Shown in pieces: positions 29,936 through 38,966 of a DNA stretch of 64,000 nucleotides (within the stretch, counting starts at the first letter, position 1; every line of letters starts with the position of its first letter). The DNA is from an uncultured Holophagales bacterium. Its GTDB lineage: Bacteria; Acidobacteriota; Thermoanaerobaculia; Multivoradales; UBA5704. The notes below the pieces were generated by a model. It searched no databases and had not been told where the DNA came from. It saw only the letters and a program-made list of their open reading frames with translations. The DNA lies in contig CAWJGT010000034.1 of assembly GCA_963842525.1 (NCBI GenBank), forward strand, positions 384,001-448,000, written 5' to 3'. Made by a program: the position numbers and the translations under genes.

Positions 29936-30640
29936 ATGACTGCGCAGAGAAAGCTCCTCGGCATCCTCGGCGGCATGGGGCCCCTGGCCTCCGCCGAGCT
30001 CATGACCACGATCTACCGGGTCAGCCGTTTCGACCGCGAGCAGGAGGCGCCGGCCTGCCTCCTCTACTCGGACCCCAGCATCCCCGACCGCACCACCGCC
30101 ATCCTCGCCGGCGACGTTGCGCCAGTGGCCGCCCGGCTCGCCGAGGGGATCGAGGCCCTCCTGCGCCTGGGGGCGCGCCGGGTGGTCATCGCCTGCGTGA
30201 CTGCGCACGGCTGCCTCCCCCACCTGCCGGAGGAGCTGCGGGACAACGTCATCTCCCTCATCGACCTCGTGATCGACGAGGTCGAGGCCAACCCGGGCCG
30301 TTTCCTGCTCCTCGCCACCCGCGGCACCCGGTCCGTGCGCATCTTCCAGGACCACCCCCGCTGGCCGGCGGTCGGGGACCGGGTCGTCCTGCCCGGCGAC
30401 GAGGACCAGCAGCGGATGCACGACTGGCTCTACCGCATCAAGCAGAGCGAGCCTCTGGAGCCCTGCGTCGACTGGCTCCACGCCCTCGCCCGCTCCGAAC
30501 AGGCAGACGGCCTGATCTTCGGCTGTACCGAGCTCCACCTCCTGCACCGGGTCTGGAAGGCCAGCGCGGACGTTCCAGACCTGCGGATCGTCGATCCGCT
30601 GCTCACAGTGGCGCGGGAGCTGCCTCGGCTGATGGCTTGA
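29936..30640 (+). CDS. PLP-independent aspartate/glutamate racemase family protein
   Basis: LGILGGMGPLAS, IPDRT, IACVTAH and FGCTEL (both catalytic Cys present). Confidence 0.92.
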   Translation: MTAQRKLLGILGGMGPLASAELMTTIYRVSRFDREQEAPACLLYSDPSIPDRTTAILAGDVAPVAARLAEGIEALLRLGARRVVIACVTAHGCLPHLPEELRDNVISLIDLVIDEVEANPGRFLLLATRGTRSVRIFQDHPRWPAVGDRVVLPGDEDQQRMHDWLYRIKQSEPLEPCVDWLHALARSEQADGLIFGCTELHLLHRVWKASADVPDLRIVDPLLTVARELPRLMA

Positions 30641-30659
30641 GCGCCGCAGAATCGCGGCA

Positions 30660-31310
30660 GGCACTCCGTCGCAACAGGCTCATCATCCGATACAGAGTGT
30701 CGACACATTGTCGCAGAGCGAGGCGCGCTGCCGTCGCATTGCGACACTTTGTCGCAGAGAGGCTTCCTCTATTCCGGCGCAAGCTCACACTGGCGCAGCG
30801 TCCGCAAACATTGCGACAGTGTGAGCTTGCAATGTCGCAGCGGCAGCGTACGCTGCGACTGCGGAACGCTCACTGTCGCAGCGCCTCCCGCGCTCCACGG
30901 GACTCTCCCTGCGTTGTCGCAATGAAACAGAGCAATGTCGCAGATGCTTCGCGCATCATCGCGAAATGTCGCTGCATCGTCGCGATGCTTCAACACCTTG
31001 TCGCGATGTCACCTGAGATGTCGCAGTACATGGTGCTTCTGTTGCATCGCTCCCGAGCACTGCCGCAACTCCCGCTGCGCAGGACGACCGCGAGCGGGCA
31101 ATCCGTGAGGAGTTGGTCCCGCTGCGACAAATGGCGGGGGCAGCGGACCGGCGTTACGGCGCCCGTTTCTACTGCAAGCTGACGCTGTCGCAGGGTTAAT
31201 GAGACGCTGCGACAGTGCGAGCTTGCAAACGGCAGGCTCCGCCTTGGCTGCGACACTCAACATCGCTTCAGGGGGGAGCTTCGCGACGTTGCGACAAGCG
31301 GCGCGACTTC
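30660..31310. repeat. Degenerate ~21-bp-period array built on TGTCGCA/TGCGACA cores
   Basis: Cores at 30792, 30813, 30834, 30855, 30875, 30916, 30937, 30958, 30979, 31000, 31020, 31041, 31062 and others. Confidence 0.8.
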
Positions 31311-31403
31311 GACGGCAGGGAGAAAGACTTTCCTCGTATTCGTCATTCCGAATAGAAGCTGTAGGCTCGTAGGTGAGCGCGAGTCCTGGCGCACCGGACG
31401 GCG

Positions 31404-33461
31404 ATGACAACTCTCGAGCAGCAACCTCCGCCGGCAGGCCCGTTTCGAGGCGAGCCGATCATCCTGGACGGGAGGTACCGGCTGGAGCAACGGCTCGGCG
31501 AAGGCGCGACAGGCGTTGTCTACCGCGCCGTCCACCTCGGCCTGAAGAAGGCCTTCGCCGTCAAGCTGCTGAAGGCGACCTCGGATCCCCTCTCGCTGGC
31601 GCGGTTCCGGAGGGAAGCCGAGGCGCTGGGACAGCTCCGGCACCCGCACGTGGTCGAGGTCACGGATTTCGGGATCGATGACCAGGCGGGCGGAGAGCCC
31701 TACCTCGTGATGGAGCTGCTGGAGGGAATCTCGCTCGCTGACCTCCGTCGCGAGGTGTGCCCTATACCTCTGCCAAGGGCGCTGCCGATCCTGGAGGCGA
31801 TCGCCGCAGCGGTCGACGCCGCCCACGCGCGAGGCATCCTGCACCGCGACCTCAAGCCGGGCAACGTCCTGCTTTCTGCGACAGCGGAGGGCGAGCCGCT
31901 CATCAAGGTCCTGGACTTCGGTCTGGCGGAGATTTCCGGCTCGCCGGGTGTCGCCGGGGACGGAGAGGATCATCGTCCCGACGAGCGCCTGACCACCACG
32001 GGCTCGCTCCTCGGAACGCCTCTCTATGTGGCGCCGGAGGTCATCCGTCATTGCGCGGCGAGCGGCGCCTCCGACCTCTACTCGTTCGGGGTGATCGCCT
32101 ACGAGGTCCTCAGCGGAAGGCCACCTTTTCAGGGCTCGACGGCGGAGGTCCTGGCCGGTCACCTGAACCAGGAGCCTTCTCCGCCGGCTCACTCGGGAGC
32201 GCCGCTGTCCGAGGAGATTTGGCAAGCCCTGGAGGAGCCTCTGCGGAAGGACCCCGCGCTACGCCCTGCCAGCGCGCGGGAAGTGGTGAAGTCGATCCGG
32301 CGTGCGGCGGAGCGAGAGGCCCTGGCAAGGTGGCGGGCTGTCGAAATCCCGCGCCGGGCATGGCTCTCCGCCCTCCTGATCGCGATCTTTTTACTCGCGG
32401 CCCTCTCGCCCTGGCCCGAGCTCGCCGCCGAGCGCTGGGTCCGCGACCTGAGGCTGCGGGCGGTGCCGACGCGCGCGCCGGACCCACGGATTCTCCTGAT
32501 GACGCTGGACGATGCTCGTCCGGAAGGCGGAGAGATCCCTCTTACAGACCAGGCCGACGAGATCGGGAGCACGCTCGCCCGTGTTCTCGCGGCAGGGGCA
32601 CGCGGCGTGGCGATCGACCTTCTCCTCCACTCCAAATGGGCTGATTCGCCCGCTTTCTCGGATCTGGTCGTCCGGCATCCAGAGTCCCTGACCCTCGCGG
32701 CCTTTTCAGAGTCGGATGGAGAGGTGACCGGCACGGACTGTGTCGCCGGTTTGACCGCGACAGCTCTCGGCCCGGAGCGAGCCGCAGGCCTCTTCGGATT
32801 CGTGAACCTCGACGAGGATCTGGACGGCTTGGTCCGCCGGGGCCGGACGGGGTACCGCGACCGTTCTGGCCGTGTGCGCCCCTCCTGGGCAGCCAAAGCT
32901 GCTGCGTCGCTCAACACCGCCACAGGCCGGCCGGGCACCGGCGAGACCTTCTGGCTCGATCTCCGGATCGACTGGACCCGCTACACAAGGATCTCGTGGC
33001 GGGACGTCTCCGCCGTTCTCGACCGGACCCCGGAGCTCTTCCGCGACCGGCTCGTCTTGGTGGGAGCAGGCTTTTTGGTCTCCAGCGATGATTACTATCG
33101 GGTGCCGCACCAGCTGGCTGGAGACACGGCGGTCTCGGGGCTCACGCTCCAGGCTTTGCTCGTGGACACCATCGCCGCCGGGCTGCCGGTCCGTGAGCCG
33201 GACAGTGCACCGATCCGCGCCACGGCAGCTCTGTTGACGGGCCTCGCCCTGGCGGGCGTCCTCTGCGGGCGGCGGCCGGCCCTCTTTGTGGGCTCGCTCG
33301 CCACTGCGGCGGCCGTCTACGTCGGTCTTTCCTTTCTCGTCTTCAGATGGACGGGCTGGATGCTCCCGGTCTCGTCCCCCTTGCTCCTAGCCCTGCTCGG
33401 GCTTGTCCTGGCGCTGGCCGTACGGCGGATGCTGCCGCCAGGACCGGAGGTCTCGACATGA
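31404..33461 (+). CDS. Hanks-type Ser/Thr kinase - TM - CHASE2 - 3TM
   Basis: LGEGATGVVY, AVKLL, HRDLKPGN, DFG, GTPLYVAPE; CHASE2-like DPRILLMTLDD, GARGVAIDLL, GFVNLDEDLDGLVRR, RDRLVLVGA, SGLTLQA; three C-terminal TM helices. Confidence 0.9.
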   Translation: MTTLEQQPPPAGPFRGEPIILDGRYRLEQRLGEGATGVVYRAVHLGLKKAFAVKLLKATSDPLSLARFRREAEALGQLRHPHVVEVTDFGIDDQAGGEPYLVMELLEGISLADLRREVCPIPLPRALPILEAIAAAVDAAHARGILHRDLKPGNVLLSATAEGEPLIKVLDFGLAEISGSPGVAGDGEDHRPDERLTTTGSLLGTPLYVAPEVIRHCAASGASDLYSFGVIAYEVLSGRPPFQGSTAEVLAGHLNQEPSPPAHSGAPLSEEIWQALEEPLRKDPALRPASAREVVKSIRRAAEREALARWRAVEIPRRAWLSALLIAIFLLAALSPWPELAAERWVRDLRLRAVPTRAPDPRILLMTLDDARPEGGEIPLTDQADEIGSTLARVLAAGARGVAIDLLLHSKWADSPAFSDLVVRHPESLTLAAFSESDGEVTGTDCVAGLTATALGPERAAGLFGFVNLDEDLDGLVRRGRTGYRDRSGRVRPSWAAKAAASLNTATGRPGTGETFWLDLRIDWTRYTRISWRDVSAVLDRTPELFRDRLVLVGAGFLVSSDDYYRVPHQLAGDTAVSGLTLQALLVDTIAAGLPVREPDSAPIRATAALLTGLALAGVLCGRRPALFVGSLATAAAVYVGLSFLVFRWTGWMLPVSSPLLLALLGLVLALAVRRMLPPGPEVST

Positions 33462-36400
33462 AAGTATTTCGTACCGTCGGCCTCAGCGTGCTGCTGTGCC
33501 TTCTCCCCTACCACGAAGCTGCATCCGCCCCGCAACAATCCACCAAGCCAGTGGCTCTCATCTATGCGCTCACGGGCGAGGCCACGCTCACAGTACCCGG
33601 CGGCGGGCGCCAGCCGCTGCGCCTCTTCGATCGTCTCTCAGTGGGCACGGCCCTGGAGGTCGGAACGAGCTCACGTCTCGCGATTGCCTTCGCCAACGGG
33701 CGCCGCTACGAGCTCGGCGAGCGTTCCCGCGCGACGCTCGGGCAGTCGGATCTCGCCTCCCGAAGCGGGCCTGTGCGGCCTCTCCCCCGGGTCCCTCCCC
33801 TCCCCCGCATCCTGCCCATTGCCGAGGAGGAACATCCCGGGCCGCGCCCTGGCGCCCCACTCATCCGCGCGGAGCGGATCACGGGACTTTATCCCCGCGA
33901 TGGGGCGGCGACCCTCGCTGCAGCGACCACTCTCCGCTTCGAACCTGTCAACGGCGCCGGGAAGTACCGGATCGAGGTACAGGATCGTCAAGGAAACGTG
34001 GTTTTCGCGACCGAGACGACCGCGTCTTCGGTGGGTCTCTCGCCGAAGGCCCTGCAGCCCGGCAAGCGCTATGACTGGACTGTCCGAACCATCGACCGAG
34101 TGGGCCCTGTCGCGCAGGGGGAGGCAGGCTTCGTCACCCTGCCTGCGCGGGTCGCCGAGGAGCGAGAGGCACTGCGGAAGGCCGTCGAGAGGCTCGGAGA
34201 CAAAGAGCTGCTGGCGCTGCTTGCCGAGGTGGATCGGAGCCTTGGGCTCCTGGACGAGATGGAAACCGGCGTCCTGATAGAGGAGGTCACGCCAGAATCG
34301 TTGGGAAGCCGGGCGGGCCTTCAGGCCGGCGATCTCCTCCTTTCCTGGTGTCGGGCGGAAGACTCGACGGAACACTGTCTCGCCGAAGGGAAATTCGAAT
34401 CTCCTTTTGATTTCGAGGAGATGGATATCGAGCAGGCGCCGCGGGGCGGAGTGAAAGTCTTCGGGAGGCGGGGTGCGGAGAGCAGGACCTGGGCCTTGCT
34501 CCCGGGCTCTCAGTCGATCCGGGTCAGCCCCATGCGACAAGGAGCTGGAGAGGATTGGCTCAACGTCTGGTTCCTGTCACGTGAGGCAGGCGCTCTCGCC
34601 GAAGCCCGGCAGTGGCCGCAAGCCGACTCCCTTTACAAAGAGGCTGTCGATCAGGCTCAGCTCCTGCACGAGGAGAAAATCGAAGCACAGATCCTGAAGG
34701 CCTGGGGGAAAACCTTTCAAAGCCGCGGCACCTGGGAGAAGGCGGAAGATCTCTATCGCCGGTCTCTGGAGCTCGACCGGTCCGCCGGGCGTGAGCTGGC
34801 GGTCGCCTGGACCCTTGATAACCTGGGAGTCATCGCCACCCATCACGGCAGCTCTCAGGAAGCCGAGACCCTCCTCGGACAGGCTCTGGAGATCCTCGAA
34901 AAACTGGCACCGCAGAGCTCCAGATTGGCGGCGAGTCTGAGGAATCTGGGGCACGTGAGGCACATCCAGAGAGACTTCGCCTCTTCGGAGCCGCACCTCG
35001 AACGCGCCTTATCCATCCTCGAAGAACTGTCCCCCTGGAGCTTCGACACCGCGGACGCCCTGAGCTACATGGGCAGAGCCAAGTTGGAACGCGGGAATCA
35101 GGCGGAAGCCGAGGAGCTCTTCCGCCGCGCCAAGGCGATCTGTGAGCGGGTCCGACCCGAAAGCCTCGAAATGGCGAATGTCCTCCACAACCTCGGGCTG
35201 ACGGCGGTGTACCGGGGAGACGACGAGGCCGCGGATCATTTCTCGAAACGTGCGCTGGCGATCCGAGAGAGGCTCGACACCAGCGGGGCAACGGTTGCGA
35301 GCACTCTGGAGAGCCTGGGGCTCCAGGCGTACGGGCGTGAGGATTGGAAAGATGCCGAGGAGTACCTCAATCGCGCCGTCAGCCTGAACGAGAAGCTGGA
35401 GAACGGTCTGCCCCTCGCAAAAGCCCTCCAGAACCTCGGCGCCGCCGTCCTTCGCCGGGGCAAGGGTGATTGCGGCGCGGCCGAGAAACATTTCCAGCGC
35501 TCCCTCGCCATCCGGCAGGAGCTCGACCCCGACAGCCACAGCGTCGCCACGAGCCTACGGAGCCTTGGGTTTCACGGCTTGCAATGTGGTGACCTCCCAA
35601 AGGCAGAAGAGAACTATCAGCGAGCCCTGGTCATGTACGAGAGGCTTGGAGGAACCGGTCACAACTTGGTGTTGCACGACCTGGGCTGGACCTACCGGCA
35701 ACTGGGCCGCTTGTTGGCGGCTGAAGAAGCCCTCTGCCGAGCTGCCGACCTCTTCGAAGCTGGGCGGGAAAGCTCCGGCCGGGAAGTCTACAACGAAGCG
35801 TACTTCATCGATTGCCTCCTTGCGCGAGTCGAGACCGGACGGACGGCAGAGGCCTTCCACGTCCTCGAACGCGGGCGGGCTCGCGTGTTCCTCGAGCAGT
35901 TTGCCGAACGGGATCTCCTGTTCTCGGCCGACCTTCCAGCCGAGATCGCCCGCAGAAAAAGAGAGCTCGCCCATGAGATCGAGTCCACCCAAGGGGCTCT
36001 CGCCCGGCTGAGCTCGACCGAGAACACTGCCGATGCTGAGCGCCTTCTCAACCATCTCCGGGAAACTCGCGACCGGCAGCGGGTGCTCACGGCAGAGATC
36101 CGCAAGGCTCTCCCCGTTTCGCTTCCGTGCACTACCCCCAGCCTCTCGACCTCGACGGCGCGCGCCGAGCCCTCGACCCAGGCACCGTGCTCCTTGCGTA
36201 TGCCGTCGGCGAGGACAAGAGCTATCTCTTCGTGATCCAGCCACCGGATGTCCAAGGCTCCGGGTTTTCGGTCTTTCCTCTCGCGACGAGTGAGCAGGCG
36301 CTCCGGGAAGCCGTCCGATCGTTCCGCAACCTCCTGCAGAAAAGAGATTCCGACAGATCTCATCTGACCTCCCAGGCAAGCGCTCTCTACGATCTTTTGA

Positions 36401-37284
36401 TCGGACCGGCCGAAGCCCAGATTGCAGCGGCGAAGCGAATCCTCGTCTCGGCCGACGGCCCCCTCCACACGCTGCCCTTCGCTGCGCTCGTGCGCAAGGG
36501 CCGGTATTTCGTCGAATGGAAGCCACTCCATTCCATCCTTTCGGCGACCGTGTATGCGGAGCTGAAGAGGACGCGCCGCACATCCGCAGACCCCGCACAG
36601 AGCCAGCTCATCGCCTTTGGCGATCCGATCTATCCGCCGCTCCCGAAGGATCGAGAAACCGCACCCGCGCCGACTCTCGAAATCCTCACAGCGGTCCGCC
36701 GCGGCCTCTCTCTCGATCCGATCCCCGCCACTCGGAAAGAAGTCGAGAGCATCGCATCGCTTTACCCCCGGGCACGGATCTACCTGGGCGCAGAGGCAAC
36801 CGAGGAACGGGTCAAATCGGTCGGCTCAGAGGCCCGCCTTCTTCACTTTGCATCCCACGGTCTGTTCAACGAGCGCTTCCCCCTCGACTCCGCCCTGGCC
36901 CTAACCATCCCCCCACATCCGGCGGAAGGCCAGGATAATGGACTTCTGCAGGCGTGGGAAATCCTCGAGAGCCTGCGCCTGGACGCCGATCTCGTGACGC
37001 TTTCCGCCTGCGACACGGCGCTCGGAAAGGAAAGCGGCGGCGAAGGGCTCGTCGGCCTGACTCGGGCCTTTCAGTACGCCGGGGCACGTTCGGTCCTCGC
37101 TTCCTTGTGGAGCATCTCCGATATCTCCACAGGCGACCTCATGAAGAGTTTCTACGGCCATCTCCGGACCGGCCAGGCAAAAGACGAAGCTCTGCACCTG
37201 GCCCAGATCGAGCTGATCCGTTCTACCAAGTTCTCCCATCCCTATCACTGGGCCGCCTTCCAGCTCTCGGGCGACTGGAAATAG
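33458..37284 (+). CDS. Exported CHAT (caspase-like) protease: signal peptide - DUF928-like region - PDZ - TPR array - CHAT; frameshift near 36115
   Basis: ATGA overlap with the kinase; GVLIEEV...AGLQAGDLL (PDZ); repeated A.xLxNLG TPRs; DGPLHTLPFAAL, HFASHG (His), VTLSACDT (Cys), GEGLVGLTRAF, HPYHWAAF. Confidence 0.9.
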
Positions 37285-37298
37285 CTCGACCCACTCGG

Positions 37299-37347
37299 GT
37301 CTCAAGATTGAGACACTGCACCAGGCCAAGAGTGTCAAATGTGATAC
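37299..37347. promoter_or_regulatory. Enhancer-like palindrome pair 1
   Basis: GTCTCAAGATTGAGAC (37299-37314) and GTGTCAAATGTGATAC (37332-37347), starts 33 bp apart. Confidence 0.75.
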
Positions 37348-37379
37348 ACGGTGTGTCGTACGCCCGGCGAAATATGATT

Positions 37380-37395
37380 CGGCATGTACGTTGCA
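37380..37395 (+). promoter_or_regulatory. Sigma-54 (-24/-12) promoter
   Basis: CGGCATGTACGTTGCA, exact GG-N10-GC with TTGC. Confidence 0.7.
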
Positions 37396-37475
37396 CTTGG
37401 CCGGAGCGTCATCAACGGTGCGGCTGGGAGTCATTGCCGGCACCTGGCGCTGCACACAAGAAGGGAGAAGCACCT

Positions 37476-37823
37476 ATGAAGCGGATTCTGATCGGCCTCG
37501 TGATCGCCACCTTGTCCTCCGTGCCGTCGTATGCGGTCTGTACCAACAAGCCGATTGCCGTCACGGATGTCTTCAACATGCCGAAGAACACGACTCTGAC
37601 CATCCTCGACGCTACCCTGGCAAGCAATGATATCGACGGCGACGGCGATACCTTGTCCGCAGGGGTCCTGGGCCCACCCACCTACGGATCCTTTTGCGGC
37701 ATCGGTCCGGGCGGAGTCTGCTATCAACCGCCCACCAACTTCACGGGGTTGGACTCGATGCCTTACTACGTGACAGACGGCTGCTCCACGACCTACGGAA
37801 CGATCCTGATCTTCGTACAGTAG
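37476..37823 (+). CDS. Small secreted single Ig/cadherin-like (Big_9-type) domain protein, 115 aa
   Basis: Signal peptide MKRILIGLVIATLSSVPSYA; PIAVTD...NDIDGDGDTLS...PTYG...YQPPTNFTGLDS.PYYVTDG; four Cys. Confidence 0.85.
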   Translation: MKRILIGLVIATLSSVPSYAVCTNKPIAVTDVFNMPKNTTLTILDATLASNDIDGDGDTLSAGVLGPPTYGSFCGIGPGGVCYQPPTNFTGLDSMPYYVTDGCSTTYGTILIFVQ

Positions 37824-37831
37824 CCCGGACC

Positions 37832-37867
37832 GGGCCTCCCCTCGCGGTGTGACCCGAGGGGAGGCCC
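37832..37867 (+). terminator. Strong hairpin after the Ig-domain gene
   Basis: GGGCCTCCCCTCG...CGAGGGGAGGCCC 13-bp stem; no clear U-tract. Confidence 0.55.
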
Positions 37868-37883
37868 GCGCGGCCCGCTGTGC

Positions 37884-37931
37884 GTTTCAGGAATGAGACG
37901 CGCAACCTTCCAGCAGTCTCGAAAGTGAGAC
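37884..37931. promoter_or_regulatory. Enhancer-like palindrome pair 2
   Basis: GTTTCAGGAATGAGAC (37884-37899) and GTCTCGAAAGTGAGAC (37916-37931), starts 32 bp apart. Confidence 0.7.
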
Positions 37932-37941
37932 CGCCCGCGCG

Positions 37942-38028
37942 GCAGGGTCTGGTATCGATACTTGCGATGGAGGAACAGAGCCCGACACCTGCGTCAACTG
38001 CGAGAGCGTGAGCAACTGTAATCCGTAG
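37942..38028 (+). pseudogene. 3' remnant of a third RTX-like paralog
   Basis: Translates AGSGIDTCDGGTEPDTCVNCESVSNCNP*, matching the C-termini of the two downstream genes. Confidence 0.85.
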
Positions 38029-38147
38029 AGAACCCAAGCCGCCACGTCCTGACCCCGGGGACTCTCTGCACGCGCCTGAATGGAGGGTCCCTTCTCCTCA
38101 AGAGCGTCCTGACGTTCCAGACCCCCAGCCTCAAGGGCCTTCCCTGA

Positions 38148-38196
38148 GTCTCAAGATTGAGACGCAGGATCAAGCCAAGAGTCTCAGCGGTGATAC
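38148..38196. promoter_or_regulatory. Enhancer-like palindrome pair 3
   Basis: GTCTCAAGATTGAGAC (38148-38163, identical to 37299) and GTCTCAGCGGTGATAC (38181-38196), starts 33 bp apart. Confidence 0.75.
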
Positions 38197-38259
38197 GGCG
38201 GCGCGGCGCCCTCTGGGTCAAGTCCTTTGCTTTCAACAGATTCTCATTGCTACCCCCTC

Positions 38260-38274
38260 TGGAACGGACTTTGC
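38260..38274 (+). promoter_or_regulatory. Sigma-54 (-24/-12) promoter
   Basis: TGGAACGGACTTTGC, one mismatch to TGGCACG-N4-TTGC. Confidence 0.75.
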
Positions 38275-38330
38275 CCTGGGCTCAGTCACCTCCGGCGTGG
38301 TGCCGGGCATACCTCGAAAGGAGAAGAGAG

Positions 38331-38894
38331 ATGCAGACAGACGCACGCAAGATTCTCATGTTCGCAGCACTGGCACTCCTCGTCTGGGGCACGCCACGAG
38401 CCTTCGCGATTCCGCCCATCTGCGACGAAGAGGGGGTCGTGCTGCACGGCACCCCTGGGAACGACGTGATCTATGGAACCTGCGCCCCGGACGAGCTCTA
38501 CGGCGGGGCGGGCGACGACACCCTCTACGGCTTTGACAGTGGCGACATCCTGCGGGGAGAAAGTGGCAGCGACACCAGCGATGGCGGTGCCACCTTCAGG
38601 AGCGGGAGCGATTTCATCGAAGACTTTGACGGCAACGACATCGCCTGGGGCGGCCCCGGCAACGACGAGATCTATACCCACAAGGGCTATGACGAGCAGC
38701 ATGGAGGGAACGGAAACGACTTCATGACGGGAGGCGGTGACGGCGACACCATGTACGGTGACGCGGGGAGTGACACTCTCTGGGGGGAGAAAGGATATGA
38801 CTATCTCGATGGAGGCACCGAAACCGATACTCTCGACGGAGGTACGGAGTTCAACACCTGCGTCAACGGTGAGACGGTCAGCAACTGTCCATAG
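38331..38894 (+). CDS. Small secreted RTX-like (hemolysin-type) Ca-binding repeat protein 1
   Basis: Sec signal ending AFA; GGxGxDxUx nonamers (GGAGDDTLY, GGPGNDEIY, GGNGNDFMT); ends TCVNGETVSNCP. Confidence 0.9.
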   Translation: MQTDARKILMFAALALLVWGTPRAFAIPPICDEEGVVLHGTPGNDVIYGTCAPDELYGGAGDDTLYGFDSGDILRGESGSDTSDGGATFRSGSDFIEDFDGNDIAWGGPGNDEIYTHKGYDEQHGGNGNDFMTGGGDGDTMYGDAGSDTLWGEKGYDYLDGGTETDTLDGGTEFNTCVNGETVSNCP

Positions 38895-38966
38895 AGAAGG
38901 CGGCCCGCGATGTCTTGCGCGTCTCCGGCGTGGTGCCGACGACCATCATTCGAAAGGAGAAGACAG

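Noticed and set aside
30637-31410. ORFs 30637..31182, 30769..30996, 30990..31256 and 31009..31410 as proteins
   Set aside because: They translate the TGTCGCA periodic array in different frames; no RBS or family motifs
37950-37965. Sigma-54 promoter TGGTATCGATACTTGC after palindrome pair 2
   Set aside because: Spacing is GG-N11-GC and the sequence is coding remnant (GIDTC); 38214-38230 fails for the same spacing reason
37299-38196. Palindromes as integron attC sites or transposon ends
   Set aside because: No RYYYAAC/GTTRRRY cores, no integrase or transposase, no target duplications; the fixed 32-33 bp pairing upstream of -24/-12 elements fits enhancers better
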